64,000 nucleotides of DNA. Origin: Trichodelitschia bisporula. Lineage: Eukaryota. Under the pieces are notes generated by a model. It had not been told where the DNA came from and ran no database searches. It saw only the letters and a program-made list of their open reading frames with translations. Of the stretch, positions 1-11,253 are shown piece after piece. The translations under genes were made by a program, and so were the position numbers. Positions within the stretch are counted from its first letter, which is position 1, and each line of letters begins with the position of its first letter. The stretch is from contig ML996703.1 of NCBI GenBank assembly GCA_010356995.1, positions 62,001-126,000 on the forward strand, in the 5' to 3' direction.

Positions 1-2389
1 CCCGCCAGCAACTAAGCTGCACCTTCTGCCGCGCCGGCAAGCTACGCTGCGACCGCAAACTTCCCTGCGACCAATGCACCAAGCGCGCGCGCTCCGGCGC
101 ATGTGCGTACCTCGCGCCCCCGCCGAAGAAGAAACAGTCCCGCAACACCAAGGACCGCATTGCGCACCTCGAGGGCCTGGTCGTGCAGCTTATGAGCCAG
201 GGTGGCGGGCCGACGCCGGAGACCACGCCCCCGTCGCAGTCGCAGGGGAGTAGTGAGAGTGAGATGGAGGAAAGGAAGGAAGCGGTGAGGACGGAGCCGG
301 ATGCGAATGGGTTTGGGCAGATGAAGATCAGTAATGGGGAGACGTGTTATGTGGGGAGTGCGCATTGGGAGGCGATACTGGAGAGTGTAGGTGCTGCTTT
401 TATGGGGTGTGAGGGTGCGGCGGCTGATGAGCGTAGATTGCAGAAGTTAAGGAGGCGCTGCAGGACGACGATGACGAGCACGAACCTGATCCCGAGGCCG
501 AAACGCCGGATACGCTGCAGTTGTTGATGCTAGGCGTCCCGGCATCAGTCACACGCGCGGACCTCCTCCGCGAGATTCCGGCGAAGAGCGTGTGCGACAC
601 GCTCCTGTGGCACTGGTTCAACAGCAACGACCCAGCAATGCGTACGTCCTTACGCTCACGCCCCCAGCAGCAGCTACAGCTAACACCGCACAGCCGCGAT
701 CCACCGCCCAACCTTCCTCTCCGAATACGAGCAGCTATGGAAAGAACCGAAGCGGCTACCGACAATGTGGCTCGCCCTCTTCTTCAACATCCTAACCCTC
801 GGCTGCCGCATCGTGCAGCACATAAACCTAGGCCAGCACTCCGCAGAAGCCGAATTCGGCTCCGCAGACCGGTATCAGAATCTTGCGGCCGCGGCGCTGG
901 CTTTGGGGGACTACATGCGCCTGCGGAAGTACACAGTCGAAGCGCTCCTCACGCACGCCAGCTGCGAATACATGAAACAACCCGAGTTACCCACGCGCAT
1001 CTGGATGCTAACCGCGCTGCTGATCCGCGTCGCGCTGCGCATGGGCTACCACCGCGACCCGAGCCACTACCCCAACATAACGCCGTTTGAAGGCGAGATG
1101 CGCCGCCGGTGCTGGGTCATTATTTACACGTACGATGTGCTCGGCTCGTTTCAGCTCGCGTTGCCGGGCATGGCGCGGCACATACAAGCTGACATCGGCC
1201 CGCCGTCGAATCTCCTAGACACGGATTTCGGGCCTGAGACCAAGGAATTGCCGCCCTCGCGGCCGTTTAACGAGCTCTCGGCCGTGAGCTACTGTCTGAC
1301 CAAGTGCCACTACACGCGGATCTTCGCTGACGCATCGGAAATCTCGCACGCAGTCAACCTGCCGGACTACGACGAGGTCGAACGGCTCGACGCCGCGCTG
1401 CAAAAGATCTACGACGACACGCCCCCGATCCTCAAATTCCGTCCCCTGGACCAATCCATCCTGGACCCGCCCGCCCTCATCTTCAACCGCTTCAAGCTCG
1501 AACTCCTCAGCCACAAAACGCGCTGCATCCTCCACCGCCGGTATCTAATCGACGACCTACCGGACCCGCGCATGCGCGCCTCGCGCCGCATCTGCGTCGA
1601 GTCCGCCATGAAGCTCCTCGACCACCTGATTACAACCTACGATGCGGCGCGCGAGGGCGGACAGCTCAGCATCGTACGCAGCTTCATGGCCTCCCTCAGC
1701 TCGCACGATTTCCTGTTAGCCGCCATGGTGCTATGTCTCGAACTCAATGCCGTGAGCAAGCCGTCCTTCGCCGCGATAAGGGATGACTGGGCGGATGTGG
1801 GGGAGATGAAACGCCTCCTGCACACGGCGTACTCGGTGTATAAGCACCCGTTTGGCAGCGAGGCGGAGGCGGAGAAGGCGCGGAGGGCCATGGCTGTGAT
1901 GCTAAGGCGCCTGGACGGTGAGTCGTCCGTGCGCGCGGTGGGAAGTGCTAACGAGCTAGATGTGCCCGAGTCGCCAGAGCCGCCGTCGGTGCCGCAGACG
2001 CAAATGCAAGCGCCAACGTCGCAGCCCGGGCCAGATCTACTCCTGATGCAACCCCAGCAGCCCCAACCGACTGAATTCTATCTCCTCGGCCCGGAGCCCG
2101 AGTACTACGAGCCGATCGGTGGGATGATTTCGCCGTCGCAGGTGCCGGATTGGGTATGCTTCTGATGTCGCTCTTTGTTTGAAGAATGGGTGCTGACTCT
2201 GAACAGGAAGCGTGGGACAAGATTATTGGGAACGAGTCTTCCGTGGACCAAACGATGTCGTTCAGTGATGCTGAGGCGCTGCTGGTGATGGATCAGGCGG
2301 CGTCGCCTGGGAGTGCGTGGTCAGGACATACGCTGGCTGATCCGGGGGTGTATGCTGGGTTTCCTGGGATTCCAGGAGGGGTGTTGTGA
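1..2389 (+). CDS. Zn(II)2Cys6 fungal transcription factor with fungal-specific TF (MHR) domain; 5' end lies outside the window; 3 introns (~387-442, ~642-693, ~2154-2207)
   Basis: Frame from nt 3 reads SCTFCRAGKLRCDRKLPCDQCTKRARSGACAY (six-Cys binuclear cluster). ORF 765-2165 has RMGYHRDP...EGEMRRRCW, typical of the Fungal_trans domain. GT..AG introns with branch sites join the frames. Confidence 0.92.
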
Positions 2390-2551
2390 TTTCCTTGTGT
2401 GGACGGCCGTTGGATGGGTATTCCCCTTGTAGCCTCGTGTTGATAGCGCTTCCGGTCTCTCGCTGGTGTGATGGCGTTGTTTTGGAGTTGGGATCCGTTA
2501 CTCGGTCTTTATTTCGCGATTCAAATATATCCCGGTGTGCACGTCATGCCC

Positions 2552-5134
2552 TCACGGCTGTCCCTGTGCTTCTTCCGCTTCTTCTTCTCCGGCGGTCTCG
2601 TCCCCATTAACATCCACTCCCTCATCCTCAACCTCACTGGCGAACTCTTCCTCCTCCTCATCCTCTTCATCATTCAATCTCATCCCCTCCACACCAGCCC
2701 ACATCTCATCCTCAACCCCCATCCCCCCCAGTCCTCTTCCTCCACCCATCTGCGCCCTCAACAACCCCCTTTCCAGCGCAGGCAGCACATCCGGAACAAC
2801 CATCCACTTCTCCCTCCCCTCCCCCTCCCAAAGCCCATTCCGCGCACAAAAACCAAGCCACGCCTTCCATGCCTCATCCGTGCCCAGCACCTCACTGCTC
2901 CCCACAACAACCAACCCCTCCTTCGCCCGCGTAAGCGCAACATTCAACCGCTTAACCTGATGTATAACACCCACCCCCCTCTCCGCATCCCCCTTCACAA
3001 ACCTCTCCCTCCCCCTCGTCGTACACAGCACCACAACCCTAGCCTCAAGCCCCTGCATCGCCTCCATCGGCCCGACGTTCACACTCCACAACCCAGCCTT
3101 CCTAAGCTCCGCCCTGATGAGCCCAACCTGCGCCCCAAACTGCGCAATCACACACACGTCCTGGGCGGGCACACCCGCCCCAACCAACCACCTAACCTTC
3201 CCCACCACAATCCCCGCCTCGGAAGCATTATACCACCCCCCGCCCTCACTCTCCCTATCCTCCAACCCCTTATTCTGCACAAACACCACCGGCCACCCCC
3301 TTCCCCTCCACCCCTCCCACGCCCCCACCGTCCCATCCCGCGCCACAGCCTCAGCAGTCAAACCATCACTATAGAACAGCGCATTCGGCACCGCCAATAT
3401 CGCAGCATGACTCCTATAATTCCTCCTCAGATCCGCGAAGGCGGGTCTCGGAAGCGGGAGCATGTGCGCCCTCAGCACACCCGCCCCGCCCGCACTCCGC
3501 GCCAGCGGGTGATTAGCGAACACCGGCCGCGCGAGCAGGCGCTCGATGAGGCTGGTCCCGATGATCGGGCTTGTAGAGTGGACATGCGGATTCAGCTGCG
3601 CCGGATCGCCGGCCAGGACAAGCAGCGGCAGGGCGGCGCCCACGGGGGGAGTGAGCACCGTGAGCGGGAGTAAGGCTTCGGGTTCGATGGCTTGGGCGGC
3701 CTCGTCGATGAGCAGGGCCGTCCAGTGGGGTGCCGTGGGCGGGGGGAGGTTGAAGGCTACGGCCAGGCTGGTGGACACGGTGTGCAGGTCGCGGTTGGAG
3801 AGCCGGGCGGAGATCAGCATTTGCGCGTCGCGGCAGGTGAGGACTACGACGGATGTTGCCATTAGTTTGGTGAAGGGGGGGAGTGCGAAGCGCGACTCGG
3901 CCATGTGGCAATGACCTAGCAGGCCGGCTGGGACTTCCGCTGGATCGCGCGTGGGGGAGTTGAGACGTAGAAGGGCTGTGGGGGGGAGGTGTGCGCGGAG
4001 ACGCATGGCAAGACTGTCGGCTGCGGGGTCGCTGGGCGCGCAGAGGAGTATGTGTATGCTCGGATCGGGCTTATCGGGTAAAGGGTCGCCGGGTCGGCGC
4101 GGGAAGAGCAATTGCAGGGCTGTTTCAACGAGGACTTTCGTCTTCCCCGTGCCGGCGGGCCCGGTGATTAGAAAGGGGAGGGGCCCGAAGTTACGCGACA
4201 CGATGTTCGCGACGCTGCGCTGCTGCTCGTGGTTGAGCGCGGGGTCGTGGAAGGCGGTGGACTTGCTCGGGAGGGGGTTGAGGGCCGTCTGCCGCACGGA
4301 GTCCGACGCCTTCGCGAAGAGCATCCGTTCCAGCCAAGATGTCTTCTGCAGCAGGCTGGACTCGTCGCGTGCGCTGCGCATCGCCACGTCCGCTGCGTCC
4401 ACCGCGCCCCGCAGAGCAGCCTCCCACGCACTCCTCACAGGAAAGGCAACATTCCAGCACGCCGTCGTATCAAGCGGCACTGACGATAAAAACTGCACAG
4501 TCTCATTTCTCCGTGCAAGTGCTGCGACTGTAGCACACACCTCCGTGCCCGTCCAGTTGGGAAACAGCGGCTGCCCGTTCAGGGCCGTGATTAGCTGGCG
4601 CAAGTGCAAGACATCGCCGAGGCGCACGAAGGGTGCATTCTCGCGGAGGCCGGGCACGTGGATGAGATACTGATAAGCGCCTACGTGCTCAGGGAGCCAG
4701 CGCGGGGTGGTCACAATGGGCGTGCTGTACAGCGTGAAGGCGCTTTGGGCGGCGCGGGAGGCAAGGAATTCGGTTTCGAGATGGTGACGCAGGATGTAGC
4801 GGTAGGCGAGCGGAGAGAGGGGCTCGGAGGGGGGGGGAGGGAGCAAGGAGGGCATGAGAGGTGTGTGGGCGGGGGGCGGGGGGAGGAAGTCGCTACCCGC
4901 GAAGGTCGAGGCGTAAGTACTGTACATGATGTCGAGTCCTGGGATCTCGATGGCGGGAATGACGCGGTATGGTTGCTGGAGATTGACATCGCGGATCCAC
5001 CGCGGGGTGTAAGTCGCGGCGAAGACGTCGAGCGGCATGGTGGTGGGCTTTGCAGCATTCGAGTTGGTGCGTGAGGGAGGAGAGAGGTGAGGATTTATGT
5101 CGCCAGCGGTGTCGGGTTGCGCGTTTGCGGGCAT
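2552..5134 (-). CDS. Superfamily-1 (UPF1-like) RNA helicase, MOV10/SDE3/Armitage-like
   Basis: Intronless 860-aa ORF with motif I GPAGTGKT, motif II DEAAQ, GDPAQL, NYRSH, QGLE and RLNVALTRAK. The N-terminal VPGLRENAPFVRLGD segment resembles the MOV10/SDE3 beta-barrel region. Acidic tail. Confidence 0.85.
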   Translation of the reverse strand: MPANAQPDTAGDINPHLSPPSRTNSNAAKPTTMPLDVFAATYTPRWIRDVNLQQPYRVIPAIEIPGLDIMYSTYASTFAGSDFLPPPPAHTPLMPSLLPPPPSEPLSPLAYRYILRHHLETEFLASRAAQSAFTLYSTPIVTTPRWLPEHVGAYQYLIHVPGLRENAPFVRLGDVLHLRQLITALNGQPLFPNWTGTEVCATVAALARRNETVQFLSSVPLDTTACWNVAFPVRSAWEAALRGAVDAADVAMRSARDESSLLQKTSWLERMLFAKASDSVRQTALNPLPSKSTAFHDPALNHEQQRSVANIVSRNFGPLPFLITGPAGTGKTKVLVETALQLLFPRRPGDPLPDKPDPSIHILLCAPSDPAADSLAMRLRAHLPPTALLRLNSPTRDPAEVPAGLLGHCHMAESRFALPPFTKLMATSVVVLTCRDAQMLISARLSNRDLHTVSTSLAVAFNLPPPTAPHWTALLIDEAAQAIEPEALLPLTVLTPPVGAALPLLVLAGDPAQLNPHVHSTSPIIGTSLIERLLARPVFANHPLARSAGGAGVLRAHMLPLPRPAFADLRRNYRSHAAILAVPNALFYSDGLTAEAVARDGTVGAWEGWRGRGWPVVFVQNKGLEDRESEGGGWYNASEAGIVVGKVRWLVGAGVPAQDVCVIAQFGAQVGLIRAELRKAGLWSVNVGPMEAMQGLEARVVVLCTTRGRERFVKGDAERGVGVIHQVKRLNVALTRAKEGLVVVGSSEVLGTDEAWKAWLGFCARNGLWEGEGREKWMVVPDVLPALERGLLRAQMGGGRGLGGMGVEDEMWAGVEGMRLNDEEDEEEEEFASEVEDEGVDVNGDETAGEEEAEEAQGQP

Positions 5135-5597
5135 GGTGGGGGTTTCGGATGGCGCGGGGGACTTCGCGGGTCGGGCTGGTCTCTGGTGGGAGTTAGACGG
5201 AGTTAAAAATTGCTATTACAACTCACTTTTGACCGGGCATTGCGATTTTGGGATGGCATGTATGGCAGTGTTGAAGTGGTGTTTCGCGGGGTTGAGATGA
5301 AGGACTGCGCCTCATGAAAATTGCTGCCTGGATGAGCGGCTGAGCTCGGCGGCCTGAAGCAACAACTTTGTGCTCCGGATGCCTGGCTTGCATGGCGCTA
5401 ACCTTATGCGGCTTGCCGTGATGGGGACTGCGTTTGAGCCTCGCGGCGGATATGTCGTTCTCGGCATCGAGGCCGGGTTGAGGGCGAGGCTGTGTTGAGG
5501 GGGTGGTCTATGCTGCTGTTATTCCTGCTCGAATGCCATATCGTGGGGGAAGAAGCTTTTTGCTACTGCAAAGGAGGGAGCATCTCAGCCTTACGAG

Positions 5598-5874
5598 GCG
5601 AGCCGGCGGGAGTACCCGTCACTACTAATGAGAGCAAAGGATCATTCACTTCCAGAGGCGACTGTGAAAGCTGGAGTTGAAGTAAAAGACGAGGAGAGGA
5701 AGAAAGGAAGAGAGAGGAGGAGACCTCAAGAATATATACACGATGCCAAGTATGCTCCTATGCTTCTTCCTCGTATCATGCGCACATTACTGTACATCAT
5801 GTCCCTTCGTAGCTCCTTCCTAACATTTCAATACTCCTGCCTCATGTCTACATTACCATACGCTCGGACCACGA
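5598..5874. repeat. Diverged direct repeat, copy A (~280 bp)
   Basis: Shares ordered blocks with 7266-7553: GGCGGGA..TAATG(A/G)GAGCAAAGG..purine run..ACGATGCCAAGTAT..TATCATGCGC(A/T)CATTA..CATGTCTACAT..CGGACC. Confidence 0.85.
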
Positions 5875-6003
5875 GTCCAGCATCATCGGCCCGAGCATTG
5901 AATATCGGCCCGAACATCGAATATGTACATGGTCCATAAATCGTATATACACCCAGAGTTCCAGCTCCCCTCCATTCGTCATCAGCAAGAGATCCACTCC
6001 CCC

Positions 6004-7026
6004 CTAAACCCCCCGAAACGCCTCCCCACCCGCCTCCTCATCAACCCTAATATCCTCCTCAAGTCCACAAACCTCAAATATCCCCCTCGGCCCACACTCA
6101 ACCGGCAAGCGTACCTCCCCCTCCCTCTTCAACCCCTCCAAACCTTCCCTCATCGCCAAGTATGCTGGCCCCAGCGTCGCAAACGGCCAAATAACCATCC
6201 GAAACCCTATACTCCGGGCTTTCTTTCTCCCCACCCTCGGCGTAACCCCATGCTCCACCATATTCAACACCATCGGCCAAGGGAACATATCTGCCACTAT
6301 CTGCCTCATCTCCCCCTCATTCCTAACCCCCTCAAGGAACCCCATATCCGCGCCCTCCTCCCGCGCAACCCTAAGCCTCTCAACCGCACTCTGATATCCA
6401 AGCAGCTGCAACGCATCCGTCCGCGCCACGATCACAATATCACTCCCCGCCCTCCGCCTCGCCGCAACGCACGCCCTAACTCTCGCCCTCCATTCCCCCA
6501 TTCCCACCACTCTCTTCCCGCCCAAATGCCCGCACCGCTTTTCCGCGACTTGGTCCTCAATATGTAGCCCCGCGACCCCAGCGCGGATGTACGCCTCCGT
6601 GCTCCGCGCCACGGCCACGGGACCGCCGTACCCGGTGTCCATGTCGGCGAGGAGGGGCGTGGAAGAGAGAGAGGCGAGGGTGCTGGCGTTCGCGACCATG
6701 TCGGGGAGGGAGGCGAGGCCGAGGTCCGCGCGGCCGAGGCGGGAGGCTGTTGTGCCGGCTCCAGTCTACCGGAATTAGAAATGAGTAGCCAAATTGGAGT
6801 GGTAAGGGATCGGACGTGCCATGTACAGCGCCTCAAACCCCACACCCAGCGCAACCCGTGCCGAAAACCCATCGTACACTCCCGGCGCAAGGATGAAAGC
6901 ATTCGGATCTTCGATCATGCGGCGCAGACGGGCGGCTGGATGCTCAGGAGGCCCGTCGGTGGAAGTGAGGAGTGGGACTGGTTCGGATTCCATTGCAGGT
7001 AGCGTTTCTCGTAGGTCGGATGTCAT
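6004..7026 (-). CDS. Isocitrate lyase/PEP mutase superfamily enzyme, 2,3-dimethylmalate lyase (DMML)/oxaloacetate acetylhydrolase group; GC-AG intron 6766-6819
   Basis: APGVYDGFSARVAL..ALYM|TGAGTTASRLG, ADMDTGYGG, HIEDQ..KRCGH, ARTDA. The C-terminal motif IWPFA carries Pro where OAH enzymes carry Ser. Confidence 0.9.
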
Positions 7027-7265
7027 TGTGATATCGTGATTTCGTAGTAAGGGATTGAAGGTTGGGGATAGTTGAGAAATGTAGTTGGACACCCTTGTTG
7101 CAGATCAGGTTCGTTACGAATGCTCAGGAACCATGGTTCAGGATATATACTGCCTTGAGTCTTTAAACGGGCATGTGCCTACGCCACCGCCGATGTCGGG
7201 GCCCCGCTCGTCGTCACCACCGTTGTGCGGTCGGGGCGCTCCATCGAGCCGGCGCTATTTCCGGC

Positions 7266-7553
7266 GCGAGGCTGGCGGGAATAATCGCTCCCGTAGACCG
7301 TAATGGGAGCAAAGGCTCGTTACGTGCGAAGGTAACTGTAATACTGAAGATTGAAATAGAAAGGCAAAGAGAGGGAGAGAGTCAGAGACTCTTGAGACTT
7401 AATATACGATGCCAAGTATCATCATTTACTCCTTCCTTCTTTCATGAGCTCATTACATCTTCCTTCTATCATGCGCTCATTATATCATGACCCTTTGATA
7501 TGCGCCTTCCTGGCATATCAATGCTCCTTCCATGTCTACATCGGACCGCACGA
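7266..7553. repeat. Diverged direct repeat, copy B (~285 bp)
   Basis: Collinear similarity to 5598-5874 (see copy A). Confidence 0.85.
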
Positions 7554-7751
7554 AGAGGCATATAAAACAGTAAACACAGGTGAGAGGAGAGGCGTAGCTC
7601 GCAGATTCGTTACAGCGGCATGTCCCCACATCGGTAATAATGCACACTCAGCCTCGCGCAACATGCCGAACTCCCCATCTATAGTGGTGGCATTAGCCCC
7701 GACTTCATGATATCAACCCCTCAACACCCTCATCTCCCACCCCTCTCACAT

Positions 7752-10034
7752 CTACAACTCAAACTCATCCTCCCCCTCCTCCCTCCCTTTCCTCCCCTTC
7801 CCCCGTCCCCGATTAACATCCCCAACCCTCCCCCCGCGTTCTTTCTTCCCCACCCTCCTCTGTTCCACTTCCACCAGTCTCCCCAACCTCAACCCCCTCT
7901 TCTCCCTACTCTTCCCCCCCAACGCCCACAAATCGCCCCACCTCGCCTTGCGCGCATCCCTAAAAGCCTGCTTCCCGCACCTGCGGCTCACAAGCCAGCG
8001 CTCGAGGGTACCAGACGGCGTGCACAGGTCAAGGAGAATGTGCCCGCGGCGCTTGAGGGGCGGCCAGATGGCGCGGGGGAGGGTGAGGGGATGCGGCGCT
8101 GCATCGGCATCGGCGACAGACGATGCCGGCTCGGTGACTTCAGCCTCAGCCTCATTCCCGGCAGCTTCACCTTCGCCCTCCTCCCCCTCCCTCCCCACCC
8201 TCACCCCATACCCCTCAAACGCCCTCTCCGTCGCCCCCTCTCCCTGCACAACCCCCTCATCCCCCAACTCCCTCCCCCGTCGGACCGCCACATAACTAAA
8301 CTCCACATCATCAAAGTTCCTACTCTTCGCCCCCAGAACCTTCTGCAAAAACCCCGGTCTCGCATAACGTTGGCTAAAAGCGCACCAATCTTTGCGCCCC
8401 AGCGAGATGCCCGGCACCGGGTAGAGCGGACACTGTGCCGCATTCGTGCACGGCGCGACGATCATGCCCCTATCCGGCCGCTCCTCTTCGCCCTCCCACT
8501 GCACACTCCTTGCCGCATTGGGGTCCATTTTCTTCCGCAGAATATCCCGCGCCCCGGCAACGACCTCGAATCCGCGCGGCACGCCCTTCTCCAGCACAAC
8601 TAACACCCCCCCGTCAGGATTCACAAGGCTCCACAACGCATCCACAACTTTCCGCCGCTGATACTCCTCCCGCACAATCCACAGCGCATGCGCGGCGATC
8701 ACAACATCGTACGTCTTGCGCGGATTCGCCCCGTCAGCGTGGTCCGCCTGCACCGCATCCGGCAGTCTCGGTATAAAAGAAGTATTCTCAAGCAAATGCG
8801 CCGCGCGGTGGCGCAGCGTCGCAGACGTAGTGACGACCGTCGCTCGTCCCAGCGGCGCGGGGGGAGCAGGTTCAGTGCCGGTGCTGGGGTGCATACCCAC
8901 CCACTCAGCGCGCAGGACATCGCGCCAGGCCAGCGCACTCGCGCCGCCGGCACCAGCATCAAGAACCAGCGGTCCGCCCTCCTTCTCCAACAATCCACGC
9001 AACCACTCCGCGCCCAGGCGGCGGCGCAGCTCGACGAGCACCGTCATGACAGACGCGTAGGTCTGAGGCATGACAGCGGCTAGGAAAACATCCGCCTCCA
9101 TTTTAGACAGATGAGGCTGGCCGGCGAGTAGCCCGAGGGGCTTCTGCGGCATGGTGCGGCTGATACGGGGCGTGGAGGGCGAGTACGGGAGCCCGGGGCC
9201 GCCGAGGGCGTTCTGCGAGGCTGTGATGAGGTGCTTGGTTGGAATACCGGCGAGGAGCGCGGAGATGGGCTGCGTGAAGGTTGAGCGGGGGAATTGCAGC
9301 GTGGAGGGGGAGGTGGCGAAGCGCCCGGTGAGGGTGTAGGGGTGGGTGCGGATGTAGTCGTCGCCGGGCCAGTGCTCATCGTCAATATCGTCGGTAGGCT
9401 GTTCCTCCTCGAGGGGCGGCGGCTCGGGCTCGTTGATGCCTTCGGCTTTGATGACGTCCTCGTAGACTCTGTTTGCCGTATCCATTTCCGCTTGTATCTC
9501 GGCCGCCAGGTCCGCGGCGTGCATTTCTTGCCCGTCGCGTATGACGGCATAGTCCACCTCTTCTAGCACGCCGTCTTCTGCTTCTCGCAGCAAGATAGTG
9601 TCTCTCTCGTTGACAGCCTCCTCCTCCGCCCATCCCTCGGGCACAACGCCCACCGGCGGTCCAAACAGCCGCTCATACACCAGCAGCTCTTTCTCAGTCA
9701 GAAACCCTTCAGGCAACGAATCCCCGAATCTATTTCGTGCCCTTCGTGCCGCAGCCTCCAGCATAGCCGCCGGAACAACCAACTCGTCGCCGGATTGTGT
9801 CGTGCCCGTGTCCGCAGTGTGCTGTTCTCGTCGCGCGTGAGTCGCATGGGCGTGTCTCCGCTGAGGCAGCGCACTGTGCTGGCTGACGCCCCGTCGGACC
9901 GCCCGATCCGAAGCCGCAAGCGCGCTGACATGTCGTACTCCAACCGCAATCCGTCTCTGCACTGGACACCTTGCCACAAGCAGTTGAAGGCGACAACTCG
10001 GGCATATGGAGGGCGAAGCGCGTGCGGCAAGCAT
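7752..10034 (-). CDS. RSM22: Mitochondrial small-subunit assembly factor/ribosomal protein Rsm22 (METTL17 family)
   Basis: Arg-rich N-terminal presequence. VLDAGAGG SAM-binding-like motif, GGVLVVLEKGVPRGFE, IVAPCTN..CP..C.FSQRY.RP, PLKRRGHILLDLCTPSG, DARKARWGDLW. Confidence 0.9.
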   Translation of the reverse strand: MLAARASPSICPSCRLQLLVARCPVQRRIAVGVRHVSALAASDRAVRRGVSQHSALPQRRHAHATHARREQHTADTGTTQSGDELVVPAAMLEAAARRARNRFGDSLPEGFLTEKELLVYERLFGPPVGVVPEGWAEEEAVNERDTILLREAEDGVLEEVDYAVIRDGQEMHAADLAAEIQAEMDTANRVYEDVIKAEGINEPEPPPLEEEQPTDDIDDEHWPGDDYIRTHPYTLTGRFATSPSTLQFPRSTFTQPISALLAGIPTKHLITASQNALGGPGLPYSPSTPRISRTMPQKPLGLLAGQPHLSKMEADVFLAAVMPQTYASVMTVLVELRRRLGAEWLRGLLEKEGGPLVLDAGAGGASALAWRDVLRAEWVGMHPSTGTEPAPPAPLGRATVVTTSATLRHRAAHLLENTSFIPRLPDAVQADHADGANPRKTYDVVIAAHALWIVREEYQRRKVVDALWSLVNPDGGVLVVLEKGVPRGFEVVAGARDILRKKMDPNAARSVQWEGEEERPDRGMIVAPCTNAAQCPLYPVPGISLGRKDWCAFSQRYARPGFLQKVLGAKSRNFDDVEFSYVAVRRGRELGDEGVVQGEGATERAFEGYGVRVGREGEEGEGEAAGNEAEAEVTEPASSVADADAAPHPLTLPRAIWPPLKRRGHILLDLCTPSGTLERWLVSRRCGKQAFRDARKARWGDLWALGGKSREKRGLRLGRLVEVEQRRVGKKERGGRVGDVNRGRGKGRKGREEGEDEFEL

Positions 10035-11253
10035 TGTCGCTGGTTGAGGGCGCGGAATCCGACAGGAGTCCGCAGGAATTAGACAGGAATTCGACAGGAA
10101 TCCGGCAAGCTGTACTTGAAGTCTCAAAGCGATATACAAGCAGCGTGCCGTACCGCAGACTTGAACGTGATATCGAGTTGTTCTTCACAACCGCCTTCGC
10201 CTTCGCCTAACATGAAGTCGTGAAAAAGATTCGCTTGGCACTGACCAGGGTCCGACGTTCCAGAAGGCTGAACCCCGCTGGAGCGCGCCGCCCGCCCGCC
10301 CGCCATGATCCTAAAATATCACCTGCCGAAAGCGGCTTTTCATGACCTAACGCCCGCAGCACCGATAAATTAGTGGGGGTTGGGACTCGGGAAGGAATAT
10401 TCATGAGAGGTGAGGGACTAGCGGCGCTAGGAGGCACTCGTGAGGTGTACCATGGATATGATCACGTTCATGGTCACGTACACACCATCGAGACATTCGA
10501 GACGCAAACGGTAAGATCAGCAACCAGACGCCCACATTTATATCACAAGTCACGGCACCATAACTCATGGCAAATCAATTGAAAGCACGAGTACCATACA
10601 CGTTCCGGCTACCGCAGCAGACCAACAACCGGGTTTCCCAGATCGCCGTCCCACTCACGGCCACGCTGGGTCATCCACCAGTAAGACCATCGTCAAAAGT
10701 GAAAGACCTGGGCGGCGTCTTCTCAGCAAATTGTTCTCCTCGTCCCCTTGCTTCATGACCTCCCCAGAAGCTGGATCAACAACACCACCATAACGCGACG
10801 TCGCCGGCCCGGAAGGAAATACGTGAAAGGGAATGAACAGTGTTGGAAATGATTAGATGGGGGCATGTGAAACACAGGGGAAAAAGTGGGGAAGGGGAAA
10901 CCATTCTGGGTGTGTATGCTCTCAGCTGCAATTTGATAGGTGATGCTGTCCGTAAAGTTCCAAAGGATTGTCGAAGACGGAATGTCCATGAACGAATGCG
11001 CCGATAAGTCGAGCCGTCATCCACAAAACGCTGCCGTGATCCCGCAAGCCGCCAAGGAAAGTTGCTGACATCGCAATCACACTGCAAGAGCAAGCCGAAG
11101 TGATAGGGAAAACCGAAGAATGCCATCTGAGCAGGTCCAGACGGCGACGCGGCGCTTCCCAGTGTTGTAAATGATAGGATGGACCAGAAAACACACTCTC
11201 AAGCCCGCAAGAGACGGACCAAGAACATGTTTTTAACCGAGGCCGGTGTTGCT

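Noticed and set aside
2468..3673. Long antisense Pro/His-rich ORFs (also 5923-6567, 7707-8603, 54537-55403)
   Set aside because: These are shadow frames of real opposite-strand genes, kept open by high GC and the G-rich 3' skew. No recognisable domains.
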